Source of the DNA: Candidatus Poribacteria bacterium | Lineage (GTDB): Bacteria; Poribacteria; WGA-4E; PCPOR2b | Assembly (NCBI GenBank): GCA_965208325.1 | Contig: OZ242326.1 | Span: 1,152,001 to 1,216,000, forward strand | DNA: 64,000 nt | Direction of reading: 5' to 3' | Shown here: positions 17,841 through 27,982 of the stretch, in pieces | How the letters are laid out: each line of letters begins with the position of its first letter | Position numbering within the stretch: the stretch's first letter is position 1 | Notes under the pieces: generated by a model | Databases searched by the model: none | What the model was told of the DNA's origin: nothing | The model's input: only the letters and a program-made list of their open reading frames with translations | Made by a program: the position numbers and the translations under genes

Positions 17841-18827
17841 TTAATCCGTCATGCCGGACTGGTAGATTTTTCTCACGATTTCCTCAATTTCCGGTTCGGA
17901 AATCGTTAAATCCTGAATTTCATAATGCGCCGTCACTCGCGTTATGACTTCGGAAGCTGAGATAGTGTCCCTGTCAAACGCGAGCCAGATACGATTCCCC
18001 TCTCGTCGAATCACATCCACATTCTCAATCTGAATTTCAGAATAGGCTCGTGCGAGGTCCACGATGAGCATCCGCGTTCTGCCGTAGCGCTGTTTCAATG
18101 CGTCAATACCGCCATCATAGATGATGCGGCCGGTGTCAATTATCAGCAGCCGTTGACAGATTTTTTCCACGTCATTGAGGTCATGGGTTGTCAGAATCAC
18201 CGTCACCTGCCGTTCAGCGTTAACCCGTTGGAGAAACTGGCGAACCTGTTCTTTGGCAACTACATCTAAACCGATGGTAGGTTCGTCCAAGTAAAGAATT
18301 TCAGGGTTATGCAATAGGGCGGCGGTTAGATCGCACCGCATCCGTTCACCGAGGCTCAATGTCCGGACCGGCATAGATGTTAGACAATCCAGTTGTAACA
18401 ATTCGCTGAAAAACGCCAGATTTTGCTTGTATGTACGCTCTGGAATCTCGTAGATGTGCTTAAGCAGTTCGAAAGAGTCCATCACGGGCAAATCCCACCA
18501 GAGTTGGGTTCGTTGCCCGAACACCACGCCGATTCGCCGCGTGTATTCCCTTCGATGCTGATGCGGCGTCAATCCCATGACATCAACTTTTCCAGATGAC
18601 GGCACGAGTATCCCCGTTAGCATTTTGATAGTCGTTGACTTCCCCGCTCCGTTGGCGCCGATGTATCCCACCAATTCTCCGCGTTGCAGGGTGAAATTCA
18701 CATCGTTAACTGCCTGGGTAATTCGGTGTGTCCGCGAAAACAGGCCGCCAAGGCCGCGCCAAAATCCGGCCGGGCGTTCGCGTACCTTGAATTGTTTGCA
18801 CAGGTGTTCAACCTTGATGATGGACAT
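17841..18827 (-). CDS. ABC transporter ATP-binding protein
   Basis: Walker A GANGAGKST, GQRTQLWWDLP, LSLGERMR and LYLDEPTIGLD. Confidence 0.93.
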   Translation of the reverse strand: MSIIKVEHLCKQFKVRERPAGFWRGLGGLFSRTHRITQAVNDVNFTLQRGELVGYIGANGAGKSTTIKMLTGILVPSSGKVDVMGLTPHQHRREYTRRIGVVFGQRTQLWWDLPVMDSFELLKHIYEIPERTYKQNLAFFSELLQLDCLTSMPVRTLSLGERMRCDLTAALLHNPEILYLDEPTIGLDVVAKEQVRQFLQRVNAERQVTVILTTHDLNDVEKICQRLLIIDTGRIIYDGGIDALKQRYGRTRMLIVDLARAYSEIQIENVDVIRREGNRIWLAFDRDTISASEVITRVTAHYEIQDLTISEPEIEEIVRKIYQSGMTD

Positions 18828-19218
18828 GTTCGTGGGGCAGGAGGGTGTCAGTGCCCGAATAATACCAATTGTGGGAAATTGGGAAGGTGTTGAGCTGTTG
18901 AGCTAGTGTAGAGGAGGGTTTTTCGCTGACCAACGGTCACTGAGTATGTCACTCGCCGCGCCCGCAACAGGCCAATTACGTGGGTAGCGAGAACGTCCAC
19001 CGCGGTCGTAAACAGTTTAATCGCAACGCGGGTTACCCCTGCATCACGGACAGGGTGTCTAGCCAAGCCGCCTCGCAGCTTGATGGGACAGCGATTAGTT
19101 AAGGATTGCCAAACGGGTTAATATACCTTAATCAACGGAGGTTCGGTTGCCCTTCGATTGGGAAAGATTGAACTTGGACAAGCCGCGCCCGTGCAATCCG
19201 CCTCAAGAGAAGTGGTCG

Positions 19219-19947
19219 TTAGTGGCCGCCCACTTTGCCAATCTCGATTTCAATTTCGTCTCGATTTCGGATACGTTCTATCATGCCGTCCCGAATGTTG
19301 ACGACCCGATCAGATACGTCAAGCATTTTCGCGTCGTGCGTCGCCGAAATCACAGTCACTTTTTGACGAACATTGAGTTCTTTGATTAGATTAATGATTT
19401 CACGGCCCGTGGTCATATCTAAATTGGCAGTAGGTTCGTCCGCCAGAATAATCGTGGGGTCATTTGCGAGCGCTCTAGCGATTGCCACGCGCTGACATTG
19501 TCCGCCCGACAATTCATCCGGCCTGTGGTGGGTTCGATCGCCCAATCCAACCATCTTGAGGAGTTCTGCGCCCTTGTCGTTCCGTTCGCTCACCGACAAC
19601 CCCGCGAATATCATCGGCAAGGTCACGTTTTCTAACGCCGTCATCACATACAGCAGATTGTAGTTTTGAAAGATGTATCCGACGCGGTGGCAACGGAACC
19701 AAGCAATTTGAGACATACTCAATTGTGACATGTTCTGGCGGTCAATGTAGATACTTCCCCCTGTCGGGTGATCCAAAGCGCCTATCATGTTGAACAGCGT
19801 GGACTTTCCTGATCCGGAGGGCCCCATCAGTGAAATGTACTCTCCACGTACGATTTCTAAATTGACCCCGTTTAACGCTTTTACTACATTGCTACCCATC
19901 CGATACTCTTTGATAACCTCTTCAGCCCTAACTACAATGTCTGCCAT
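19219..19947 (-). CDS. ABC transporter ATP-binding protein (LolD/MacB type)
   Basis: GPSGSGKST, LSGGQCQRVAIARAL and ADEPTANLD. Start set at ATG 19947 after GGAGGA. Confidence 0.92.
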   Translation of the reverse strand: MADIVVRAEEVIKEYRMGSNVVKALNGVNLEIVRGEYISLMGPSGSGKSTLFNMIGALDHPTGGSIYIDRQNMSQLSMSQIAWFRCHRVGYIFQNYNLLYVMTALENVTLPMIFAGLSVSERNDKGAELLKMVGLGDRTHHRPDELSGGQCQRVAIARALANDPTIILADEPTANLDMTTGREIINLIKELNVRQKVTVISATHDAKMLDVSDRVVNIRDGMIERIRNRDEIEIEIGKVGGH

Positions 19948-19960
19948 GAATCCTCCCAAA

Positions 19961-20647
19961 TTAGACCTCAGTCCGCATCGCTTCGGCAGGAGGCAGTTTC
20001 GCCGCACGCCAAGCTGGAAACGCTGCGCCAATGACCGCTAAAATCATGCCGAGCACACAGCCGCCAAGAATAATGAGTAGCACGCCGTATCTAACAGCAC
20101 CATCGTCACCAACGGCCGGGAAAAACGGAAAATAAAAGAATACATCCAACCCGAAATCTTTGAGATTCAGTAGAATCGATCCAATGCAGCCAATCAACGC
20201 GCCGACGACGGCGCCGGCTAATCCTTGAAATCCCGATTCTAACAAAAACAACCTGACCACGAAACGGTCCAATGCGCCGAGGCACTTCATCGTACCAATT
20301 TCTCGGAACCGCTCCGTGACAGCCATCAGCATTGAGTTCGCAATCCCAACTACGCAGACAATTAACGACATCAGGATCAGCCACCTATCTTTGATTGAAA
20401 TTCCGCCCGTCGACTCTTCATCCTCAAAACTGGCTATCTGGTCCGTACGGCCGCTTGACTTCATCGCCTCGCCAATTTCGCTATTTGTCCAGACTGATAC
20501 CAGAAACGCAATCCCCAACGTAATGCCAGCAGTCGTGATAATCGAGCGCCAAAAACGGATCATCAGACTCTGAAAACTGATACGCACCGACTCTACGAAT
20601 GGGAGTTCAATTTGCTGTTCAATTTGACCCTGGTCGTGTTGTACCAA
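19961..20647 (-). CDS. FtsX-like (MacB-type) ABC permease, minimal form
   Basis: GIANSMLMAVTERFREIGTMKCLGA and PAWRAAKLPPAEAMR motifs; very short periplasmic loop. Confidence 0.85.
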   Translation of the reverse strand: MVQHDQGQIEQQIELPFVESVRISFQSLMIRFWRSIITTAGITLGIAFLVSVWTNSEIGEAMKSSGRTDQIASFEDEESTGGISIKDRWLILMSLIVCVVGIANSMLMAVTERFREIGTMKCLGALDRFVVRLFLLESGFQGLAGAVVGALIGCIGSILLNLKDFGLDVFFYFPFFPAVGDDGAVRYGVLLIILGGCVLGMILAVIGAAFPAWRAAKLPPAEAMRTEV

Positions 20648-20854
20648 ACTGTTTACCTCCGAATCCCTATCTTCTCGTCAGCATTTTATCACGACAAGAA
20701 AATAAAGTCAAGTCTTACAATCCATTCTCGCCAAACTTAGGCGTCCAAGAAAGGTCATTTGGCCGAAGCGCAAAACGTCGCTAGCAATCGCTGTAATGAC
20801 ACTAATACAATCGCGATAAGCATCTTTCCAAACTATTTCCACCACCCAATGCCT

Positions 20855-22390
20855 TCACCGTCTCCAGAAGCTGCGATCCAAGCTCCGGTATTGAATCGCC
20901 TCTGAAGTGTGTTCAGCCTCTATGGTAGGGCTTTCGGCGAGATCCGCAATCGTGCGCGCCACCTTCAATACTCGATCGTACGCACGTGCACTGAGTCCAA
21001 GTTGAGTGATTGCCACGCGCAGCAATTCCTGTGCATCGGGCTGCATCTGACAGTATTCGCGGATATGCCGCGTTTCCATATTTGCATTACAGAAAATTTT
21101 AGTGTCAGAAAATCGCTCCTGCTGAATGCGCCGCGCAGCCTGCACTCGTTTACGAATGGCTGTGGAGGCTTCCCCAGTAAAATCGCTGGACAAATCCTTG
21201 TATTTAACCGCGGGCACCTCTACCTGCAAATCTATTCTGTCCAACAGTGGTCCAGAGATTCGAGACACGTAGCTCTGAATCTGAGTCGGCGTGCACCGGC
21301 AATTCCGGGTAGGGTCGCCGAAGAAACCGCAGGGGCACGGGTTCATCGAAGCTACAAGCATAAAATTGGCGGGATAGGTGTACGAAGCGGCCGCACGGGA
21401 AATTGTTACTTGCAAGTCCTCAAGCGGTTGACGCATGGCTTCAAGTACATTTTTTCGGAATTCAGGAAGCTCGTCGAGAAAAAGCACGCCGTTATGCGAT
21501 AGACTCACCTCGCCGGGGCGCGGATATCTGCCGCCGCCGATAAGCCCTGCATCGGAAATCGTATGATGCGGCGACCGGCATGGGCGCGTTGCGATTAAGG
21601 GCACATCACCATGGAGCATGCCTACGACACTATGAATCTTCGTCGTTTCGAGCGCTTCTTCGAGCGTCATATCCGGCAATATCGTCGGAATCCGTCTGGC
21701 GACCATCGTTTTGCCGGAGCCCGGCGGGCCAATCATAATCAGATTGTGTCCGCCCGATGTCGCAACTTCAATGGCTCGTTTGACATGCTCCTGGCCCTTG
21801 ACATCTGAGAAGTCGATTGTATACTCCGCAAACTGGTCAAATGCATCCTGAATATTGTACTCGAAAGGCTGAATGGTTTGATCGGCATTTAAGAAATCAA
21901 CCGCCTCGCGTAGAGATTCTACAGGATAAATATCCAATCCATCAACAATCGCCGCTTCCTTGGCATTCGACTTCGGCAGGATAACGCCTTTGTACTGATT
22001 CTCCTTGGCTGCAACTGCAACCGGTAGACACCCGTGCACGGATCTGACACTTCCATCAAGTGCCAACTCCCCTAACATCAATGTATGCTCAATGAAATCC
22101 GTCCGAACCTGTCCAGTTGCTGCAATAACGCCGACAGCCATTGGGAGATCGAACGCCGAACCCTCTTTTCGTATATCCGCGGGGGCAAGATTTGCGGTTA
22201 TTCGGCTGCTCGGGAAATAAAACCCTGAATTCTTGATTGCCGCGGTAACCCGTTCGCGGCTTTCTTTAACGGCGTTGTCTGGAAGTCCAACCGTGGCGAA
22301 CGCCGGCAGGCCGTCAGAGATGTCAATCTCCACTTTCACGATATATGCATCAATCCCCATCAGTGCACTACTCAGGACGCTCGCAAGCAT
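20855..22390 (-). CDS. comM: ComM/YifB family Mg-chelatase-like AAA+ ATPase
   Basis: VGLPDNAVKESRERV, NLAPADIRKEG, GPPGSGKT, SPHHTIS, GVLFLDELPEF, MNPCPCG and ISGPLLDRID. Start set at ATG 22390. Confidence 0.92.
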   Translation of the reverse strand: MLASVLSSALMGIDAYIVKVEIDISDGLPAFATVGLPDNAVKESRERVTAAIKNSGFYFPSSRITANLAPADIRKEGSAFDLPMAVGVIAATGQVRTDFIEHTLMLGELALDGSVRSVHGCLPVAVAAKENQYKGVILPKSNAKEAAIVDGLDIYPVESLREAVDFLNADQTIQPFEYNIQDAFDQFAEYTIDFSDVKGQEHVKRAIEVATSGGHNLIMIGPPGSGKTMVARRIPTILPDMTLEEALETTKIHSVVGMLHGDVPLIATRPCRSPHHTISDAGLIGGGRYPRPGEVSLSHNGVLFLDELPEFRKNVLEAMRQPLEDLQVTISRAAASYTYPANFMLVASMNPCPCGFFGDPTRNCRCTPTQIQSYVSRISGPLLDRIDLQVEVPAVKYKDLSSDFTGEASTAIRKRVQAARRIQQERFSDTKIFCNANMETRHIREYCQMQPDAQELLRVAITQLGLSARAYDRVLKVARTIADLAESPTIEAEHTSEAIQYRSLDRSFWRR

Positions 22391-22684
22391 ATGCATGTCC
22401 TCAACATTGTGTTCTACGTACTTATAAACGTATGAATGCTTATCGTGCATTATACTATAGCATAGCTTTCAGCGGAACGCAATCCCATAATTGTCAAATC
22501 GAAATATCTCCTAAAATCAGTCAGTCAAATCGTTGCATAGCCTAGCGTCATAATAAAAAGTTTGCTCTACGTCCGTAAATTTACTGTATTGAGAGTTACG
22601 TGGAATGATGGGTTTGATGCTTTACGGCGATTGAGATCGTGAATTACCTCCGATATTGTCTTGTCACGTTCGCGAGAATTTCAG

Positions 22685-22714
22685 TTGATAAAGCGGTGAA
22701 AGATATGATATAAT
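22685..22714 (+). promoter_or_regulatory. Sigma70 promoter for the rpsF operon
   Basis: TTGATA (22685-22690), 18-nt spacer, extended -10 TGA-TATAAT (22706-22714). Confidence 0.7.
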
Positions 22715-22720
22715 TTAAAA

Positions 22721-22820
22721 TCTTTGCTCCATAATTTTGCGGATTCAAGTCGTTCAAGATTCGTTGTGTTTACAGGTAAATTCCGTGTTGATATGGAGCC
22801 ATAGGGCCAAAAAGGGAGGC
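22721..22820 (+). promoter_or_regulatory. Putative S6:S18 ribosomal protein leader RNA
   Basis: Lies between the promoter and rpsF. Long-range stem GCTCCATA (22726-22733) / TATGGAGC (22792-22799) sits just 5' of the GGGAGG SD. Confidence 0.5.
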
Positions 22821-22827
22821 AAAAATA

Positions 22828-23184
22828 TTGCGTCAGTACGAAACAATTTTTATTGTTAATCCAAATCTCGAAGAAAACGAGACCAACAGCGTCATCGAAG
22901 GTGTCAAAACGGTCATTGAAACGAACGGTGGCAAGATTCTAACAACTGATATATGGGGCAAGCGCAGGCTTGCCTATCCGATTAAACGCCACAATGACGG
23001 CTACTACGCGTTATTGGTTTTTGAGAGCGATCCTAAATCTGTACGCGAGCTTAATACATACTATCGGATTGCCGAACCCATTATCAAGTATATGGTAGTG
23101 AATTTTGAAGGGGAAATCAGAGAAAGCCAAGAGGATGTCCCGGTATCAAACGGCAATGAGGACGCTGACGAGCCTAGGGAGTAA
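22828..23184 (+). CDS. rpsF: 30S ribosomal protein S6
   Basis: RQYETIFIVNP and WGKRRLAYPI motifs; first gene of rpsF-ssb-rpsR. Confidence 0.97.
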   Translation: MRQYETIFIVNPNLEENETNSVIEGVKTVIETNGGKILTTDIWGKRRLAYPIKRHNDGYYALLVFESDPKSVRELNTYYRIAEPIIKYMVVNFEGEIRESQEDVPVSNGNEDADEPRE

Positions 23185-23250
23185 AACCTCTGATGAAAAT
23201 TTTGCTTGAGATATTATGCGGCATCGAAATGGAGTTGAGGAGAAAATATA

Positions 23251-23679
23251 ATGGCAAGTTATAATAAGGTTATTCTGATGGGAAACCTTACTCGAGATCC
23301 GGAATTGAAGTACCTTCCGAGCGGCACGGCAGTTACTAGGTTGGCATTGGCTGTGAATCACACTTATACCGATCGTCAGTCTGGCGAAAGAAAAGAAGAG
23401 GTCTGCTTCATAGATATGGACGCTTTTGGGAGAACTGCCGAGACCATGAACGAGTATCTTCAAAAAGGTAGAACGGTACTCATTGAAGGCCGCCTTAGAT
23501 TTCAGACATGGGAAACCGACGACGGGCAAAGGCGAAGTAAACACGATGTCTTCGTTGAACGGTTTTCATTTGTTGACAGTCGCCAAGGAGGTCAGGACTC
23601 GCTCAAGGATGAGGGCGCGGGATACGCTAGCCCTACTGAAGCAGCGCCTAAAGATACAGAAGATGACATCCCGTTCTAA
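23251..23679 (+). CDS. ssb: Single-stranded DNA-binding protein
   Basis: NKVILMGNLTRDPE and IEGRL motifs; C-terminal DDIPF. Confidence 0.97.
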   Translation: MASYNKVILMGNLTRDPELKYLPSGTAVTRLALAVNHTYTDRQSGERKEEVCFIDMDAFGRTAETMNEYLQKGRTVLIEGRLRFQTWETDDGQRRSKHDVFVERFSFVDSRQGGQDSLKDEGAGYASPTEAAPKDTEDDIPF

Positions 23680-23711
23680 CAACCCAAAGGGGTAAATTCC
23701 CGGTAGTTTAA

Positions 23712-23744
23712 GAAAAAGCGGGCGCATTTCATGCCCGCTTTTTC
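23712..23744 (+). terminator. Intrinsic terminator-like hairpin between ssb and rpsR
   Basis: GAAAAAGCGGGCG-catttca-TGCCCGCTTTTTC. Confidence 0.6.
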
Positions 23745-23893
23745 CACGCCTATTCAGTAACTGCTTGTTCAAATCCATTAAACGGGAAACTTCGCGAATT
23801 CTCACACAAAAGCGACTAAAAAAAAAATTAATTAAGGGAGGAGACGCGGTCGTCTCTCACGTTTTTTCGGAGAGACTTATCCGCGGTTGAATT

Positions 23894-24130
23894 ATGGAGA
23901 ATGGTCCACGCCGAACATTTTCGGTTCGGCGAAAACGCTGCCGGCTATGTGCAGAAAAGCTAAAATTCATTGATTACAAAAATGTGACGCTGTTGAGGAA
24001 CTTTATTACAGAGCGCGGAAAGATTATCCCGCGGCGCGTAGTCGGTAACTGCGCAAAGCATCAAAGGCAGGTCAACCGGGCAATTAAGCGGGCTCGTAAC
24101 ATTGCGCTTGTGCCTTTTACCCGCCAGTAA
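23894..24130 (+). CDS. rpsR: 30S ribosomal protein S18
   Basis: [21 protein letters not shown] and CAKHQR motifs (Zn-binding form). Confidence 0.97.
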   Translation: MENGPRRTFSVRRKRCRLCAEKLKFIDYKNVTLLRNFITERGKIIPRRVVGNCAKHQRQVNRAIKRARNIALVPFTRQ

Positions 24131-24320
24131 ACCGTAGTAGTATATGCGCATTGCGGTAGTGTTCTACATTAGCATCTAGTCTCGTTCATTAAGCCGGCTT
24201 CATCCGGCGGGCATATACACTTTGTTACTGTGCATCACCAGACACGCAGCAAACTCGGCCCAAGCAGAAGTACATTTTTAGAAAAACACAGATAACATGT
24301 AAAATTGAGGTAGAATTTCC

Positions 24321-24767
24321 ATGGAGATTATTCTAAGGCAAACCGTTGAAGGACTCGGCAACGAAGGGGCGGTATTAAACGTTGCTGACGGTTACGCACG
24401 TAACTTTCTGATTCCAAGGCAGCTCGCTGTTCTGGCGACGGAAAAGAATCGGCGTCTGCTAGAACATGAGCGGCGTGTATTAGCGGTTAAGCACATCAAA
24501 GGAAAGCAAGAAGCAGAAAAACTCGCAGCTCAAATCGCAGATACGTCATGTACAATCCAAAGGCGGGCAGGAGAAGGTGATCGGCTCTTTGGGTCGGTAA
24601 CCGCCGCGGACCTTGCCGAAGCGCTTGCCGCGCAATCAGTTGACATCAGTCGCCGTCAGATTGAACTTGAAGCACCCATAAGGGATCTTGGGGTTTTCAT
24701 GGTTCCCATCCGACTACATTCAGATGTCATCGCTAACCTTCAAGTTTTCGTTGTCCGTGAAGAGTAG
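24321..24767 (+). CDS. rplI: 50S ribosomal protein L9
   Basis: VADGYARNFLIP and GDRLFGSVT motifs. Confidence 0.97.
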   Translation: MEIILRQTVEGLGNEGAVLNVADGYARNFLIPRQLAVLATEKNRRLLEHERRVLAVKHIKGKQEAEKLAAQIADTSCTIQRRAGEGDRLFGSVTAADLAEALAAQSVDISRRQIELEAPIRDLGVFMVPIRLHSDVIANLQVFVVREE

Positions 24768-24913
24768 TTTGCATATCGTAAAAGGTAATTATCCTGACTG
24801 TCGCCGCTGTCCTAAGACGCTCGCCAGTTTCACCCATGCTTACTAATTCACTGCGGCAGGGTCCTGGCTATATGTCGGATATCCATAACAAGCACCATAA
24901 ATTCATTTGAGCC

Positions 24914-26245
24914 GTGCAATCTGAACCCAGAGACACACTTCATGATAAAGCAGCTGAACAAGCTGTTCTCGGGGCAATGATGACCGACCGAGCAGTTATA
25001 CCTCGTGTAGTTTCAGCGCTCGGCCACACGGCTGAACCCTTTTTCACAACAGATCATCAGCTCATCTACGCGGCGATTCATTCGAGCTACGAGCGTCATA
25101 ATCAGGTCGATCCACTCCTCGTCGCAAACGAACTTGAAAAAATAGATCAACTGAATCGGGCTGGCGGTGCGGTTTACTTGTACGACCTGCAGGCGCAGAT
25201 CGTCGAAACTGAAAGCACTGAGCTGTATGCGCAGATTGTAAAAGAAAAGTGGATGCGGCGCCAGTTGGTTCGCGCTGGGCAGCAAATCGGCACACTTGCT
25301 AACGATCAAGAACGGGAACTCAACGATGTTTTAAGCCAAGCGCAAGAGGAAGTGTTTCGTCTCAGTCACGCCGATGCCAGACGCGGCTCGATGTTGATTG
25401 CACCGCTTGTTAAGCAGACCCTGAAGGAGATCGAAAGCCTATATCATAAAGAAGAACAGATTCTCGGCGTGTCCACAGGCTTCTTCAATCTTGACGTAAT
25501 GACATCAGGGTTGCAGCCCGGTGATTTGAGTATTATCGCCGCGCGTCCCAGTATGGGCAAGTCAACTCTCGTGCTGAACATTGCTCAAAACATTGCCAGA
25601 AATAATTTGCCGGTCTTAATCTTTAGCCTTGAAATGCCCGCTAGGCATGTGGTGATGCGAATGCTCGCTGCAGAAACAGGAATTGATTTTGGCCGCATCC
25701 GTACCGGTAAACTCACTGATGAACACTGGGAATCCTTGACGCAGGGAACAAGCAGCTTAATCTCCGTTCCGATTTTCATCAACGATGCGCGAGGTTTATC
25801 TGTACATGAATTGCGCGCCGAAGGGAGAAGGTTAAAAGGCGAACGCGACGATCTCGCCGTTATAATCGTAGACTACTTGCAGTTGCTCAGTGGCACTAGC
25901 AAATACTACGGGCGAGTCGAAGAAATTTCTGATATTTCACGCTCCCTCAAAACCCTCGCGTGGGAGTTAAACGTTCCGATTGTTGCTTGTTCCCAACTTA
26001 GCCGCGAAGTCGAAAGGCGGCCGGATAAACGGCCACAACTCTCCGATTTAAGAGAATCCGGCGCTATTGAGCAAGATGCCGACGTGGTCGCCTTCTTGTA
26101 CAGGGAAGATTATTATGATGACCAGACCGAAGAAGACCAAGGGCTCGCAGATTTGATAATTAAAAAGCAGCGAAATGGACCAACCGGTACCATTCAACTG
26201 GAATTCCATAAGAGACTGATGCGATTCTCCGATATTCCTGCGTAA
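24914..26245 (+). CDS. dnaB: Replicative DNA helicase DnaB
   Basis: AEQAVLG, AARPSMGKS, FSLEM, IVDYLQL, SQLSR, DLRESGAIEQDAD and KQRNGPTG. No intein. Confidence 0.97.
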   Translation: MQSEPRDTLHDKAAEQAVLGAMMTDRAVIPRVVSALGHTAEPFFTTDHQLIYAAIHSSYERHNQVDPLLVANELEKIDQLNRAGGAVYLYDLQAQIVETESTELYAQIVKEKWMRRQLVRAGQQIGTLANDQERELNDVLSQAQEEVFRLSHADARRGSMLIAPLVKQTLKEIESLYHKEEQILGVSTGFFNLDVMTSGLQPGDLSIIAARPSMGKSTLVLNIAQNIARNNLPVLIFSLEMPARHVVMRMLAAETGIDFGRIRTGKLTDEHWESLTQGTSSLISVPIFINDARGLSVHELRAEGRRLKGERDDLAVIIVDYLQLLSGTSKYYGRVEEISDISRSLKTLAWELNVPIVACSQLSREVERRPDKRPQLSDLRESGAIEQDADVVAFLYREDYYDDQTEEDQGLADLIIKKQRNGPTGTIQLEFHKRLMRFSDIPA

Positions 26246-26275
26246 GGCAATTGGAGGTTTTCGGCAAACTAAAAA

Positions 26276-27196
26276 GTGGGGAAGCACAATGTTCCTCAAT
26301 CCAATATTGTTGAAAATTTAAGGTTGTACATTTCAAACTTTATGATTTCGATGGGCAATGACGAGGAACAATTACTCTCAACCCAACCACATCGCCGCTC
26401 GGTTTCAGTCCGTGTTGTAGGTTTTGTGGGTGGTTGGATATTCAAGAAGTTACATGGAATTGGAAGCGCGGTTACATTTGTCTATTCAATCCTTTCTCTA
26501 ATTTTCAGACGCCCGTTTCAATTCAATCTGCTTGTTCGACAGTTACTGTTGGTTGGCGTTAACTCACTGCCGGTCGTGTTGGTCTCTGGAATCTTCACGG
26601 GAATGGTATTGGCAACGCAGGGATATCACCAACTGAAGGACCTTTCAGCCGAAGGCTCTGTCGGAAGATTTGTCAGCGTTTCGGTAGTAAAAGAGCTAGG
26701 CCCCATGGTCACGGCCTTTATCTTGGCAGGCCGTATCGGCGCCTCAATCACGGCAGAACTTGGCACGATGAAGGTGACCGAACAGATTGACGCGTTGGAG
26801 GTAATGGCGACTAGCCCGATAAAATACCTCGTTGTACCTCGGTTCGTCGCTTGCGCAATTATGCTTCCACTCCTGACGACGTTTTCGATAGTCTTTGGGA
26901 TTGCAGGAGGCTATTTCACATCCGTTTACATCTTGCCCTTCAAGATGAACGGGCGCTTTTTTTTGGAGCAGGCTCGCACTTACATTTTCATAAGCAGTGT
27001 CGTTGTAAGCCTCATCAAATCGTCAACCTTCGGAATGGCAATCGCGTCCGTAGGGTGTTATAAGGGATTCACAATCTCTTCTGCAGGGGGTGCAGAGGGC
27101 GTCGGCAAAGCCACAACAGGCTCAGCAGTTACTTCTCTGATCGCCATTTTAATCTTGGACTTTGTTCTGAATCATGTGCTCTATACAATCTGGTGA
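26276..27196 (+). CDS. mlaE: MlaE family lipid ABC transporter permease (start uncertain)
   Basis: KELGP, AGRIGASITAELGTMKVTEQIDALEVMA and GAEGVGKATT motifs. Confidence 0.92.
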   Translation: MGKHNVPQSNIVENLRLYISNFMISMGNDEEQLLSTQPHRRSVSVRVVGFVGGWIFKKLHGIGSAVTFVYSILSLIFRRPFQFNLLVRQLLLVGVNSLPVVLVSGIFTGMVLATQGYHQLKDLSAEGSVGRFVSVSVVKELGPMVTAFILAGRIGASITAELGTMKVTEQIDALEVMATSPIKYLVVPRFVACAIMLPLLTTFSIVFGIAGGYFTSVYILPFKMNGRFFLEQARTYIFISSVVVSLIKSSTFGMAIASVGCYKGFTISSAGGAEGVGKATTGSAVTSLIAILILDFVLNHVLYTIW

Positions 27197-27268
27197 ATCC
27201 TATCGTTTCGAGGCGTTTATGAGCGGCAAGAGGTTTCCAACCCTGCGGCGGATTCAGGAAGTTGTTGA

Positions 27269-27982
27269 ATGATTCACGTGGAAAATTTGTGGAAACGCTT
27301 TGGAGACAAAGCAGTCCTCAAGGGTTTGAACCTTCACATCCCTCGCGGCGAAACGTCAATCGTAATTGGAAGAAGCGGATGTGGGAAAAGCGTTTTGCTC
27401 AAGCTAGTTACTGGGCTGATGCAGCCTGATGGTGGAGAAATCCGGATTGATGGGGAGCCAATCTCCAACGTCAAAGATTTAAATCGGATTCGCCGAAAAA
27501 TTGGCATGCTTTTCCAATCGGCAGCGTTGTTTGATTCGATGACGGTTGAGGAAAATGTTGGCTTCATGTTGTCGCAACATACAAATCTCAGCAAACGCGA
27601 AATTGAAGGAATTGTCGCGGAAAAGCTCCAATTGGTCGATCTTGACGGCGTTCAGAAACTCAGACCCGCAGAACTGAGTGGGGGCATGCGAAAACGCGTC
27701 GGGCTTGCACGAGCTATCGCGTTCAATCCGGAGGTGATTCTATATGATGAGCCGACGACCGGTTTAGACCCTATAACGGGGTCCGAAATCAATCGGTTAA
27801 TTCGCAATCTCCACGCGAAACTAAAGGTCACGTCGGTTGTTGTAACACACGACATGGATAGCGCCTTCTCAGTTGGGACTAGGATGGCGATGATACACGC
27901 GGGACAAGTTATTGCATCCGGTTCTCTTGATGAAATCCGGATGATTGATAATGCGATTCTCCAACAGTTTATTTCTGAGTGA
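27269..27982 (+). CDS. mlaF: MlaF family ABC ATP-binding protein
   Basis: GRSGCGKS, FQSAALFDS, LSGGMRKRVGLARA and YDEPTTGLDP. Confidence 0.93.
   Translation: MIHVENLWKRFGDKAVLKGLNLHIPRGETSIVIGRSGCGKSVLLKLVTGLMQPDGGEIRIDGEPISNVKDLNRIRRKIGMLFQSAALFDSMTVEENVGFMLSQHTNLSKREIEGIVAEKLQLVDLDGVQKLRPAELSGGMRKRVGLARAIAFNPEVILYDEPTTGLDPITGSEINRLIRNLHAKLKVTSVVVTHDMDSAFSVGTRMAMIHAGQVIASGSLDEIRMIDNAILQQFISE

Noticed and set aside
18830..19218. Structured ncRNA (tmRNA, RNase P, 6S, riboswitch) in the ~390-nt gap between the ABC operons
   Set aside because: I could not find diagnostic motifs on either strand. An Infernal/Rfam scan would be needed.
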